From: Phoronis australis
Taxonomy: Eukaryota > Animalia > Phoronida
Assembly (NCBI GenBank): GCA_002633005.1
Contig: NMRA01000379.1
Span: forward strand, 62,001 to 126,000
Direction: 5' to 3'
DNA length: 64,000 nucleotides
Both the position numbers and the translations under genes were made by a program. The first letter of the stretch is position 1. Every line of letters begins with the position of its first letter. Under the pieces are notes generated by a model, which ran no database searches, had not been told where the DNA came from, and worked only from the letters and a program-made list of their open reading frames with translations. Below are positions 11,676-25,028 of this stretch, piece after piece.

Positions 11676-14600
11676 TCCTTCACAAAAAGGCACAATCTTG
11701 TACTATAATATTACTCTTATGATCTACATTATATTTAGAAAATTCATTCAATTGGTGGTTTTGATAAACAGAGATTAAATTGTGCTTACATTTATGTTAG
11801 ATTTATGTAATTTGCCGCTTGCGCCGAGACATCTAGCTTTATTATCGAAAAATATTTTAGTTTGTAACATTAGTAATAGCTGTCGCTGTTTTTCTTTAAT
11901 CGACTGTGGATTGCTAGAATTTTCCGTTCCTTTGGATAGAAAAACAAGTTTTCGCTTGGATTTTCATCACAAAAGTGCCTTTCCAACATATTAGAAAGTG
12001 TGTATTTTCAAAGCTAGAAAGTAAATACGTAAAAGTTTCGCTACATAAATTCGATAGTTTTTCAGTAGTTCTACGGCAATTGTACTTTTTAGCTGCGAGG
12101 AGCACATTCGGTGTGCACTCCACCTTTAAATTCTTAGCAAACAGCTAAATATTAGATCTCTCAGTTGTGATGTGTTAAGTGCAATTTATACCATGCACCT
12201 TTCACTAAAAATTTTTAATCCCAAATGTAAACCGAAAAATTATCCAGTCTCTGAATGTTATTTGTTCTTTTGTACAGAAAATATATGGCAAGACAAAGGC
12301 ACATCGTTGAATTTCTTGATTTTTTTCTGTGAAAACTCCGCCATTTGGTCTACTTGTTAATGCACTCTGTATGAATTGGCCGCTGCCTTGACGACGTTAA
12401 AAATATTTAAAGATGGCAACAAACTATGATTATTTAGATAAAGTAATGATAATGAAGGACAACTGATGTCCGCAACGAGTGGTTTTATTTATATGACGTT
12501 GTTCTTTAAGTGGTGACTTCGCAGTTCAGACAGTGTTTCCTGAAAACGCTTTCTAAAGTCTGTCACCCTTTTCTCAATACTAACTACACGACGTTCACAA
12601 GGGCGACACAAGAAACCATTAGACACTTGAATCCGTAAATACTTAAACACCAGTTCTTGCAGATTCTAGTCCTTGTTTGGTTTGTTTGATACATTTGAAT
12701 AGGAGTTTCCAGCAACTAACTTATAGCCACAACAAAGGCAGGTTTTAATTATTTCCGCAGGCGTGTGCTGCCATTTATGAAGTAGAAGACATTGTTTTGG
12801 TTCTTGTTTAAACAAACGCTGTTCTCGTACTTATTGTTGATTCTGTTTGATTGATAGTCTAATGGAAATAATATGTTTCGAAACCAAAGTGCACCATTTT
12901 CGCAATATTATAATTTCAACCTAAATTGCTAAATATATATGGTTAGTTTTGATTTTTGCATTATAGTGCACAAAATTTCAAAGTTGATATAACTGGTAGT
13001 GAAAAATCCGGGAATTTTCGGAAAATGAAGTCAGAATTCTGACACATTCCCCTAACCAAACCTCAAATGGATCTCGCTGGTTCCCCACGTGCCATCACAC
13101 AGGTATTACGCAGTGGCACGCGCTTTAGCATTGGTTGATGTAACCTCAGCAGTCATTGGTTAGCTTTACAACACCGTGAAAAAATGGCGGACTGTGAACG
13201 ATTTTTAGCCTTGTCATGCAAGTGGCGTCGCATCAACTATTTCGTTTCTGCAGTGATGTTTAATAGCGGCGTGCTTGAAGCACATGCATGTACAATAAAC
13301 ACATATCTGGCCGATTTAACGGGTGTGTTATTCATACTGTATGAATACAGGACATTATCGTAAACAAGTCATCGACAGTAGAAAGATGCACTCCGAAAAG
13401 TCTTTGCCAGTTTGTTGGCGTAAAGCGCTGCCTGTTGAGAATTTAACTAGCCAAACGCCGGTGTAAAAAAATTCCAGACGAAAACTAAGTGATACCTGCG
13501 TGCTGGCTACTGACCACCTAGCGGCACGCAGGGAACCAGTGAGCAAATGGACTAAGCCGATTAACGATGTCTGGAGGTTTGGGAACGAGGCTGTCGGTGA
13601 CTGAGGCATGCTGGCAAGTTGACGTCACTGTAGTGCATGCGAAAGAGGCGATAACTCTCAAAGTTGAAGTCTAACCCTAACCCTGAGTGTCAGTCGAAAG
13701 ATAGAATCGTGTGCGAATAATCAAAATGAACAGACAATCCTTTAACAGAAACAGAATGACATTCAACCTGGAAATAGCCCCTCCGTTATGCAAGTCATAC
13801 ACTAACAGAATTTGCAAAACAAGTCAACGAGAAAGCGTGCAACTGTTGACCCAAGAGTATCCTATTCCAGCTAATTCCACGGTACAATAAAGTCTTGGGT
13901 GGTCACGGATTGAAGTCGCTATTCATGGGTTTGGCTGAAGGTGTTGTATGAGATAGATGCTGTCTCTTACAAACCTGCTTAGCTTACCATGTCGTGAACA
14001 TTCCTTTTAAACAGTAATTATAGACCAGGACCGGTATTATCCACATTCTTTCAGACATAGCCTCTACTGTGAGTTAGTGATGCAGATACGCCATGCTGAA
14101 AGCTACTTTCCAATGAATAGCTCAAAGCTTTGGGTTTTTTTGACAAAATCGCTCTTACTTGACCAATTCTTAGAATTCAAAAAGCCACATAGTCTAACGT
14201 TTGCTCCTATATTCAGATTTACACTTTCCATCTTCATGTCACAAAAAGAAAATGGAAAATAGAGGCTAGATGCGTTCAAGCCTTCTATTTAGATATGACC
14301 AGATAACAAACAGTAATTGCTGTTACTAGGCAACCTAGAGGATAGACTCAATCCATTGATAACTACCCTCCTCCCATGTTGAATGAAGAGTGGTCCAATT
14401 GAGTATCAAAATACAAAAAACGAGCAATAAAAAGGGAAACGACTTACATGCTTGTATTCAAAATCGCAATGTAAATAGTAGCTGTCTTCGATGCAATATA
14501 AGAGAAATTAGGGAATAGGTTTTCTCCAGCATCGCGGATAAGACAACGAACATTAATTTGTGAAACGATCAGGACGGGTTAGTATCACTCTGGCTTAGGC

Positions 14601-15888
14601 TTGTTCAAAGTTTAGGCGTTGGGGTAACAATACCCCAAATGAGTTATTTCATGTCTCGAAATATCTTCTACTGTTGGAATCAGTTTCCCTCACATACATG
14701 TTTCCTTCGTTTGTATTTTAATGTAAATGCCTTAAAGGCGACCTTGGCGAATGAATGTTTTCGTTTTTAAAAATAATTGTCATTTTTTCAGAGGCCTCTT
14801 CTTAAGGGCTGTGATCATTTGATATATTAACGTGGAATCAAAGTTAAGTGTTAATTCTGAGATCAATCGTGAATGAGTGTTAATTCTGAGGCCAGTCTCA
14901 CGACATTGCCTACGTATTTGCGGCGTTTTTTCACAGAGTCTAAACGGAGACTTGTGCCAAAACCGAAAGACTGGACGAAAATGTCCGTTTGGACTTTGTA
15001 AGACTCGTCATTCTCTAATACACCTGTTTAGCGGGGTAGTGTATTTGTGAACAAGAAAGTGAGTGCCTTTGAGTATTTTATTGATTCTCTATAAGTGTGA
15101 AAATTTTGCCAAATCATGAAGCGTGACCTGTTTGTGCGACAAAATTCAGCAACTCCACCAGAGCGAAGGAGGTTAAGCGAGGTAGGTGAACGGTCGGTTA
15201 AGCCAAAGCCGGTTTCCGTCTGGGTGGCGAAAATCTACGTTTCTGAAAGAAACGCAAGATAGTCATGCAGGCATTGTTATTCGTTGTACAAAGCACCAGT
15301 CCAAGTGTAGCAAAACAAATTAAGTAAAGATATCATTTTACAATAAATTAAAATTCATTTTCGCCACATTAAAACTAAGAAGGGATTTTCATGATCACTC
15401 ACTAAACTGCGACGTATGAACGTTTTGCAAGTTACAGCTCATTACTGTACAATGTATTTCTTCCCCCTTTCCATTCTGTTATCAGAAGTTCACTTAAAGG
15501 TGGGTTCTGCGACGTTCGGCCATTCCATAGATGTACCACGAGAAATTAAAGATTCTATATTTTGTGTTAATCCTGTTAGAAAAGTATCAATTGGTTTGCG
15601 TTTAAAATCTTGCAAGATAATGAAATGAATCCTTAAATTAACAGTTTCAACTCATGACAGCCATTTGATGAAGGTGGAACAGTTCGTCAAATTGTTCAGG
15701 ACTTTAGAGACGTTGTACTTTCTCCCATTTTCATTAATGCCCTTGCTACACTTCATTGATCGACCGCCGTAATTCTTGAGAGTCCAGTTTCACTGCCAAT
15801 AAATAATCTCCCCAATGTCATGATAACTAGTCAACACGTGATCTGTAACCGCAAATTTTATTAAATCACAGACAACTCATTCGTTCTG

Positions 15889-16060
15889 CTAGCCTGAATT
15901 TAGCACAACAACTAAGGCGAGAATAGACAAGATGGACGGCATCAGTCGCTGAATGTCTGAAGCAGTCTGTTCGCTGCTCCACCTCAGGTGATCACTGGGT
16001 TTTGAAGATGCCTGAATCTTTCGCGGTAGTAATGCAACTGATTCACGGTTAAGCGGCGGT
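15889..16060 (-). CDS. EMI-domain gene candidate terminal exon with a hydrophobic GPI-signal/TM-like C-terminus
   Basis: ttgcactag| acceptor, phase 2; encodes RPPLNRES...SSEQTASDIQRLMPSILSILALVVVLNSG*; minus-strand AATAAA at 15857-15862. Confidence 0.45.
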
Positions 16061-16253
16061 CTAGTGCAATTATACAATCACACTTTTAACTTGCAAAATT
16101 TTTCATTTTTCTACTGCATTTATTACCACCACATTATTCATACCAGTGTTTAAAGCTCTTGAAAAATTAAAATGAAGACAATTCATCTTGTCCGTTGAGT
16201 AATCTGTTTCTACAGCTTCTTTCGTTAGGCTATAAAAAATATTTGTCATTAAC

Positions 16254-16314
16254 CTTCACTGTGCCATTTGGTGCGAAAGCAGTTCATCTGACGATGCTCG
16301 GAAGGATACAAACG
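16254..16314 (-). CDS. EMI-domain gene candidate exon 4, containing TGA at 16256-16258
   Basis: Polypyrimidine tract plus ttgcactag| acceptor, phase 1; encodes TFVSFRASSDELLSHQMAQ-TGA, then AG|gttaat (phase 2). Confidence 0.45.
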
Positions 16315-17249
16315 CTAGTGCAAATGGACCAAAGAGTAAAGATGTTGACATAACAATAAGTTTGGCAGCACTTAGCAGTTAATTTCAGAGACAGTAGCTT
16401 TTTTGGCTGAGTGCAGGAATAGCTTGTATCATTGTGCTGCATGTATAGTCATATATCTAAATATTGAACGGGCGTGGAAAAAAAGATTAAGTCACGTGAT
16501 GTGGACAACAGGTGGCGAGCAGGTCAGACTTAAATTGCTGTTTTCGACAACTTTGCTCAATACAACCCAGTGACATTGATCACTTTTTCTAACCTCACAC
16601 AACTTAAATCGATAACTTCAAATTGAATTTAAATAAGTCGGGTACTCGAAAGAAATTTTTTGGGGGGCGGGCTTTTCAGAGGTCTTATCAGCCGACAAGC
16701 ATCGGCTTAAAAATTTAGGCTCCAAGAATTCACTTCTGTGTCATGTATCATACGGTCACAACACGAGGTAAAGCATACGTGTGAGGGTCTTCGCATAAGA
16801 CTTTTGGGAACAGGAGTACTTTAATTATTATAAACCACCGCTTGCATACTTTCCACATGTTTTGCACACTACGAAGACCCTATATAATCTTTTACATATT
16901 TACGTTTCCCACTATCGAATAAAATCGACTATAACATCAAAAATAACGATTTTGGTTCTTTACAATACAAATTATCAATAATTTTGACCTTCAAGTGACC
17001 CAGCAGCGTGCTCAAAATTGTGACCTCCTATCCAGATTATTTGTCACGGTACAATCGAACAATCGCAAAGATTAACTTACTAAGAAAATGAATTTACCAA
17101 CTCTCTCTTAACTTTATACATAGGACTTGACAAAAATACATCTTAACTTTCAAAATGTCACCCAAAAATGAGAAAATAGTCAGAGTTTTATCGAAAATGC
17201 TAAACCATTCAACGTCTTCGGCCAGGGAACTCGAAGAGCGGAATCGAAA

Positions 17250-17589
17250 AAATGAAACGCAAGTTGAGGCCGTACCAGGACTGAAAATTATGTAACGAAA
17301 TCATAATTTCTATTACAATGAAAGTTGTTAATTAATTTAAACTTATATTTTTGAAGGCGAAACATAAAGCGGCGCACAGTACTCTCTTCAAAGCAAGATT
17401 TGTCGAAGTAATCGTTGCACACCACGGACTTCGCAAGCTCGGCATTTTTGATCCCATACTCTAGAGCATTTCACAAACTTGTGCCATTTCCTCTCGAGTA
17501 CCAATTCTTTCGAGGAATAAGACAAAAAGTGTCATAGCTTGACCGAAAGCCGTGTCGGCGCATCTGGCACGAACGCAGCGTCTCACCAT
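17250..17589 (-). pseudogene. Decayed THAP zinc-finger (DNA transposon remnant)
   Basis: Reading across frameshifts gives MVRRCVRARC...LF..FP../LERKWHKFVK../KSVVCNDYFDKSCFE, fitting the THAP pattern C-x4-C...FP...W...C-x2-H-F. Confidence 0.6.
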
Positions 17590-18120
17590 TGTGAAAATTT
17601 CCTAACTAACTTGAAGATATGGAGTACAGACAACAATATGTTTACCCGGTGGAAAAACAATGCGCGCGCATTTTGACATTCACGCTGGTACGCCACACCG
17701 GGATAGCCAATAACAATCCAGCTGCTAACTAGATTACGGCAGCAGCATCCTCCAGCATTACAGTGTCAGTGGTCTAAGTTGTCGATCCCAAGTCCCATTT
17801 CATACTCCAAAATGGTGGTTTGTAATTATTAAAGAAGTTATTTGGCCTCTCTCATTTCTGGGAAATACAATTTCATTTTTTCTTAACGCATTTTCTACAC
17901 ACTCCAAAATGTGTTCAGTAAATAACACGGCCCTGAACGGTGGACACGCCGGTGGTTGGCTCAGCTTGTGGATTATTGGTGGAGTAATTTTAAAGACTAG
18001 GCGCCTTTTATTACAGTTCCGATTAACACGTATGCCGCATTTTCACATTTCATGTTGATGCTATTTAGCATTGGCCGTTGAAAAGAAGATACTAAGTCAC
18101 CAATCTACAGCAATACTTAC

Positions 18121-18200
18121 TAACGCAACAAAGCGTCTCTGTATATCCGGTGCAGCATCTTTGTTGCGACACCGTCTTGTATCTGGTGGAGTATACCGTC
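18121..18200 (-). CDS. EMI-domain gene exon 3
   Basis: atacag|...A|gtaagt, 80 nt, phase 2 to 1; encodes RTVYSTRYKTVSQQRCCTGYTETLCCV (the EMI 'YRTxY...RCCxGY' motif). Confidence 0.88.
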
Positions 18201-18499
18201 CTGTATTATACAAATCAAACCATTTAAATTGCATGGATTTGTAATAATACTGAATTGACAACATCCAAAGCAAAACATAACGCTGATGGTTGAACCCAGA
18301 ATGCCGGTTTCAAGCTGTAACAAGACTGGAGGCTCTGATAGTAAGCTAACCGTCCTCGTTCCCACAAGTACCACGACCAGTGATCGATCTTCGAGTAAAC
18401 CCCCAACTAGGTCGCGAACATTTCTTTCCAACATGATGCAATTTTACCATGGCCCATGTCTCTGTGAGACGATCCCGCGGCTTATGCGAAGCCTTACGG

Positions 18500-19841
18500 T
18501 TCATATACGCCATTATTGACATATCTGTCTATTTAGCAGAAACTTTTACAAAACTACAGATTCTAACTCAATACAGGAGGTATACGGTACCTGAAGGCAG
18601 ACAGCCTGTTACAATCTGTCACTAATCAGGTCATGTAATCATGTCTTTTTAGAAAAATTTTGCAAATATAAAAGCACACTCGTCACAGAACAACGGCACC
18701 AACAGCTTGACATAAATATTCAAGATGGAAACTCTTAAGGTCTTAACAGTTTTCTAAATTATCATTTGGTTAATGTTTTATGCAACTTTCACTTTTTTTC
18801 AAAAAAATATTAAAGTCCAACTTTTTATAGCCCTTGTTGCAAAAGTGATTAAAACTTATTCCTAACAGCGTTTTGTAGAACATAGTACAAAACATTGTAT
18901 CTGAAAGGTTTATAGAACATAGTACAAAACATTGTATCTGAAAGTTTTGGAGAACATAGTACAAAACATTGTATCTGGAAGTTTTGGAGAACAAAGTACA
19001 AAACATTGTATCTGAAAGTTTTGGAGAACATAGTACAAAACAATGTATATGAAAGTTTTGGAGAACATAGTACAAAACATTGTATCTGAAAGTTTTGGGG
19101 ACCATAGTACAAAACATTGTATCTGAAAGTTTTGGAGAACATAGTACAAAATATTGTATGTGAAAGTTTTGGAGAACAAAGTACAAAACATTGTATGTGA
19201 AAGTTTTGTAGAACATAGTACAAAACATTGTATCTGAAAGTTTTGTAGAACATAGTACAGAACACTGTATCTGAAAGTTTTGTAGAACATAGTACAAAAC
19301 ATTGTATCTGATAGTTTTGTAGAACATAGTACAGAACACTGTATCTGAAAGTTTTGTAGAACATAGTACAAAACATTGTATCTGATAGTTTTGGAGAACA
19401 TAGTACAAAACATTGTATCTGAAAGGTTTATAGAACATAGAACAAAACATTGTATCTGAAAGTTTTGGAGAACATAGAACAAAACATTGTATCTGAAAGT
19501 TTTGGAGAACAAAGTACAAAACATTGTTTCTGAAAGTTTTGTAGAACATAGTACAAAACATTGTATCTGAAAGTTTTGGAGAACATAGTACAAAACATTG
19601 TATCTGAAAGTTTTGTAGAACATAGTACAAAACATTGTATCTGAAAGTTTTGTAGAACATAGTACAAAACATTGTATCTGAAAAGTTTATAGAACATAGT
19701 ACAAAACATTGTATCTGAAAGTTTTGGAGAACATAGTACAAAACATTGTATCTGAAAGTTTCAGATGAATACGTTCCTCCACTTCTGAAATATGATGTTC
19801 CAAATCTGGACATTTTTCTAGGGTGTCACATAACCTTAAGC
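18500..19841. mobile_element. TTAA-flanked (Kolobok/piggyBac-like) non-autonomous element hosting the minisatellite
   Basis: The flanks share blocks with 56250-56734: ttgacataaatattcaagatg vs ttgatataaatattcaagatg, and ggacatttttctagggtgtcacataaccttaag vs ggacatttctctagggtcctgcataaccttaag. The left boundary is approximate. Confidence 0.6.
18869..19761. repeat. 37-bp minisatellite, about 24 copies
   Basis: Unit GAACATAGTACAAAACATTGTATCTGAAAGTTTTG(T/G)A; unit starts at 18878, 18915 ... 19729 (23 x 37). Head-to-tail with no spacers. Confidence 0.97.
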
Positions 19842-20713
19842 TATTTTTTAATAAGCCGCAAGGGCATTTCAGCACTGGCTCAGTCACCGAGTCCACGAGT
19901 CAGGTCACTGCCGAACAACATATCGTGGAGATCAACTACATTTTGTGAGTCCGATCAAAGGTAGTTCGGAAAAGAGACAATTTTAAAAAAAGAGAAAGAA
20001 GCAGAAGAAATGAAGCTCAGTTATCGAAAGCAAAAATAGTCGCTAGGTTAATGCTACACTTTCTTCGTCTGAAAATAGATGGAGATAACCGGACAAGATG
20101 ATACACGCTAGAGTTGGCTTACACAGTAAATGGACACTGGGTGAACATCTTACACAGTATGAAAATCTTTTGTCCTTGGAAAAGTACCCACCTAACTGCA
20201 ATTGATGACATTTGCTGTTGCCGAAAACAGTATCAAAGCATTTGTCACGGTCAGCTTGACATGATAAATGAACAATCCTAGTCGTCAGTCGAACAATACA
20301 CCATGTGAGCAAAATTATTGAAAGGGGAACATATTGAGTGATTTTCCCACGAGTACGAAAAGAGGTCGTGTGAAAAAGTCATGACACAGCCTCAAATATG
20401 CAGCCGTCATTTTACTTTATTGTTACAACGAAAAGAAAGTTGTTGTGTAAATTTGTGTTTACTAGAACTGGTCAACTCGGTTAGCTTTACAGCTAAACTA
20501 GCCAATATAACACTGAGGTGTATACCAACTGAAACGTGTAAACATTTGTTAACATTAAATGGCAATTCTACAGATACGTGTATTTATAAAAGTGCTATGA
20601 AAATTTTAAGCCAAAATTACTAATATTTTATTCACATTGTTTATCGGTTTATAAATGGTCTCAATTTTTCCTTGTCGCGATTACAGAAGTGATTTTGGGC
20701 TTCATTGCCTGCT

Positions 20714-21090
20714 TGCATGAAACAGTCCCAAATAGGGACTAAACTAAACTCCCTAAATCTACTGCGTATTAGTAAACTTCAGGAAACACTTACGGTCCTT
20801 TCTTATGTTTAGTGTCATTACTAAGTCACCGAAAATTTTGGCTTTGACACAAATCGAGAGTTAACTCTACCTTGGATTCTCAATATTACTAAAAAATATA
20901 AGTAGGGAGTACTAAGTGCTTATCTATTTTCGTTGAACTAAGTTCGCAATTTTTAATTATACAATTAAAAAATGTTACTAGTCAAAAAGACATCATAATA
21001 AAGGTAAAATGGTGGGAAAATATTACATATGTGAGTAAAGAATAAATGCGTCGAAGATTTAGAGAACTATTCGGGACTGTTTCATGCAAC
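20714..21090. mobile_element. MITE with terminal inverted repeats; related copy at about 21602-21838
   Basis: ttgcatgaaacagtcccaaatag...ctaaatctactgcgtatt at the left end vs aatgcgtcgaagatttagagaactattcgggactgtttcatgcaa at the right end (reverse-complement match). Confidence 0.65.
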
Positions 21091-21397
21091 TCCACACGAA
21101 AGAACTGACGCTAGGTCCTTGTTAAAATCTAACCAATATCACGTGTTCTTATTTCAATTACACTTCAATATCTCACGTAATCTCGCAAAATCTGGCTTTT
21201 AGCGGGATTATAGAGTTACTCAACTCTATCCAGGTCAAACCTATTCTTATTGAGTCTGGTCGAAAGCCAGTTCCTCCAAAGCCCACTATACAAAATCTAA
21301 TTTCCGAACTAGGACTCAAACCGTGACTCTGAATTACTCTTCTGTGTTCTGGTCTCAGTACGAAAACAAGCTGAGTGCCAGTTGTTGAGTGCTAGTC

Positions 21398-22062
21398 ATG
21401 GTAGGAGCACCATAGGGGGCTATAGCCCCCGACTTTTTTCAGTGCTACCCTGCACATGGTCTATAGGCGGTGCACCACAGGGGGGACTGAGGGGGCTTTA
21501 GCTTTCCCACTTTTTTCAGTGCTGCGCCGCCCATGCTATTACATTATGATATTCGCACATGATCTCGTGTAGAGTTGAAGTCTAGTTTGTAAAATCCACT
21601 GCCCGGTTGCGTGTAACAGTCTCAAATAAGGACTCATCTAAGTTCTATAAATCTACTGCAAATTTTTTTCGTTCTTTACTCACAGGTACACAACTTTTTC
21701 TGTCAGTTTATCTTTATTATGAGCTTTCTTTTACTAATGACATATTCTTGATAATATAACTAAAAACTGAATCCTTAATTCAGTCGAAATAATCTGAGAC
21801 TTAGTCCTTGAATTAGGGGCTTTGCATGAAAAGACCCATTTGTACATGTATTTTCAATAATATTGAGAATTCAACGTGGAATTCACACTTGATTTGTATC
21901 AAAGCCAAAAATTGACTTAGTAATCAGACTGAAACAGCATAAGAAGGATTAATCACATGGGCGGCGCACCATAGGGGGCTGGGGACTATAGCCCCCACTT
22001 TTTTCAGTGCTACGCCGCACGTGGTCTAGAGGCGGTGCACCACAGGGGTGCTGAGGGGGGTA
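21398..22062. repeat. Two clusters of short GC-rich mini-MITE-like repeats (21398-21535 and 21956-22062)
   Basis: Repeated gcaccataggggg..ctatagccccc.cttttttcagtgct blocks, with catgggcggcgca / tgcgccgcccatg inverted ends. Confidence 0.65.
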
Positions 22063-23034
22063 AGTTTATTTTTCATAACTGTTACATGTTTGTGAATCTA
22101 CTTAAATTAACATAACTCTTGACGGGACAACAATAGTGGAGGAAAAAAGCGTTGATTTAGACCGAATTGTAACAGATTTCTAGCTCAAAGGAAGACATTG
22201 ACTGTCTTTATGTATTTCTTAAAAGAAATAAATCTCCGCATGAAATTTTGCGACATGATTTGTTTGGCCTGCAACAATGGCTAGTTGCGTCTCTGTAATG
22301 TGAGTAAGAAATCATGAGAGTTTCACTACAGGCAGTCAAAAGGTTGCGCCAGTGAGCGATTTCTTGTTTCAGTAAAGATTTATTAGATCAGTTCCCACAC
22401 CAAAGGTCTAAGATCGTCCTGTAGCTAGCCTAAAAATGAAGAAAATGGGGTAGATAGGATTTGACGCCAGTTTTGTGGACTAAATGAGAAGTGATTGCCA
22501 CGAATACTATTCAGTAGTTCCTTGAAGTTGTTTTGAGTAAAGTCCATAAATTTGAACCCCAGTTCTTGTCTACTCGAATACGGATGTGCCGCAATTTTCA
22601 GAGGACACTCTTGTTGAGTGTTGAATTCTTGGCGCGAATCCAGGCATCCCTCAGACACGTGGAAATTGTCAAAAATCCGGTTGGTAATGACATATTTTAA
22701 CCTGGATTCCTGTAAGCTAGAGTGAAAGAGCGTGCGGATCATGGTCTCCTTTTGGCATCTCAGTTGGACGTAGCAAAGTACTAAAAAGACACGACTTTGT
22801 TGAATTTCTTTATCTTTGAGAAACCCCATAGAAATTACTTTCTGTCAGTTATCCATCTTTTCAGGTGCCTTCAGACAGGGTGCAAACAAGTTATTTTGAA
22901 GCACCTAGCTGAATTGTGTTGAAAAAGAGCTGGTCTAAGTGGCCCCGTGCAACACCCATAGATTTGCCAGTGACCGAAATCGCCAGATGCTTTTCAGAGA
23001 TAAGATCAGCACACTTTTTTCTGTAGTCACCTAC

Positions 23035-23148
23035 CTGTGTCTCGAACATCTATCCCACCCAAACAAACCACAACTAGTGTAGTATGTTTGCGTCCCACTA
23101 TGTACGTACGACACCCTCGTGTAATGTAAACATACACCAGTGCTTGGG
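23035..23148 (-). CDS. EMI-domain gene exon 2
   Basis: aatttcag|...AG|gtaggt, 114 nt, phase 2 to 2; encodes HPSTGVCLHYTRVSYVHSGTQTYYTSCGLFGWDRCSRHR (EMI C1-C3 pattern). Confidence 0.88.
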
Positions 23149-25028
23149 CTGAAATTGTACACGAAAACATCGATGTATCTCGTCTGCAGGCAATAGTTGC
23201 TAACAGAGATTCGTGGATCTATCAATATAGTCGGGATTTAGTATACACGTGATTAGTTTTAGATGCCACACTGAAGGCAACAAACATTTCGTCAATGTTA
23301 AATGTCACTGTGTCGTATATTGTCCAGGGTTTTAACTGCGGCCATTAGAACTTAAAAGGATACCAAACACAATTTTGGCCTAAGAATGGATATTAAAAAC
23401 GACATTCTCATCCAAATCTCTGAAACAAAAACGTTATATAACCCTCGACAAACCTCAAATCTTTGGAGGAAAATTTGAAAACTCTGAAGTCTGCTAAACG
23501 GGCAAGCGTGGCCTACGCTTTTTGCGAATTACAAGGCAAGTGTGGAGAAAGGCCACCCACCAAGAATCATAAAACTCAATGTGTGACATAAGAAGTATAA
23601 GTTTTTAGTTGATTCCATGCTTTTACCTTTCAAGATTGGCGCCAATGGTGCATAAACAGGTGAAAGAAAGAGGATTGATTGAAATTATCAAAACAGTGTT
23701 TGACATCAATTTAAATTTTTAGGGCCGAGTGGGACATCTGTTGTGGCAGTTTTGAACATTAGGAAGGATTGATCAATCTGGGCTTGTCCACATGTTGTGA
23801 ATTATCCACTAATTCGGACGTAGATTCACGGCGGCTCCATGTACATACACAGTAACATTGTTGCATTGCAATACAGTGACCGAGGAATCTGCTGCGAGTA
23901 GCCCTCAATTAAGCCAGAATTTTTGTAAAAATATTGATTGGGCGGCAGCGCTTTTAGGCCACATTTGTTTTGTCAGAAGTAAATTTGCTTTCCATGCCGT
24001 GAATAATACTTTTAAACGGAAGTCACGCATTAAGCTATGCGGGAATTTTCACCGCCCTTCCTTCTGATTTGCTTTCACCAGGATCACAGAGTGATTAATC
24101 AATAATTTTCGTTAAAACGAATACCACGGCGGTATTCAGCTGAAAGAAAAAACAAACAAGTAAGGTTTTCGGTGGAAGAAAGGCAGTACGTCCGACAAAA
24201 TTCAATGAGAACACATACTGTACATGGCCTCCATAAAGCTATCGTCGTCCTTCATCCACGCATCTCGCAGCAGCTTATCCTTACCCACGACTAGGATGTT
24301 GTCCCGACCGCCGGCGTATAGATGAAGGAGACGCAAAACTACGCCAGTCCTACTAAATTTTTCAACTAAAAGTGGTGCCGACTAGTAGGAATAAATCAGC
24401 TAAGTCATGAAATCTAACTTGACACTCAAGTTACCGCTGGATAAGTTTGATCGTTACATGATGCCAGGTGCATTGTTCAACAATAACAGCGTGAACTAGG
24501 AATACACGAGGAAACTTGACAAGTTCACTCTAATAATCACCTTCACCTTGATAAAAATTTGCAGTGTATCTAAGCTAATCACATGTTGATAAAATAAAAT
24601 AAATTTTAACCAATCATTTTCTACTATTGGCGATCTCGGTTCTCTTCAATTCCCCAAATCCAATAACTTAATTAAGGAACAATTTGAGACCAATTTCATT
24701 ACGCAAACTAGTGATCCGCACCAAACTGAGTTTTTGTGACCTAAAGTGGGTTTATAACCCTTTAAGCTTCTATTTCTACAATAAGAACATTGTAATTGGC
24801 ACTCTTGCGTGTATTTACTTGCTCTTTTTGTGGCCTGACATCACAGACTGTTGGTTCTTGGACTACACCACTGGTGTAAACTCGTTTCTTTTAACGACTT
24901 AACACACTTGAGGTAAATCTAATATGTTGTGAGAAATCTTTTACAAAGATTCAAAATAAAAACAGAGAAACAAGCAGTGACAGTGCCTGCCTCCAAAATA
25001 ATTACGTCATTTACACTTATAGACTTAC

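Noticed and set aside
15780-15885. SECIS element to explain the TGA at 16256-16258
   Set aside because: AUGA, a helix and AA are present on the minus strand, but the 3' side lacks the required GA of the non-Watson-Crick quartet, and the TGA is not in a redox-motif context.
18869-19761. CRISPR array (the 37-bp repeat length is CRISPR-like)
   Set aside because: Units are head-to-tail with no unique spacers, there are no cas genes, and the context is a eukaryotic intron.
20043-20312. Cys-containing 89-aa ORF as an extra EMI-gene exon
   Set aside because: Exons 2 and 3 already join in phase to complete the EMI domain, and there are no convincing splice sites.
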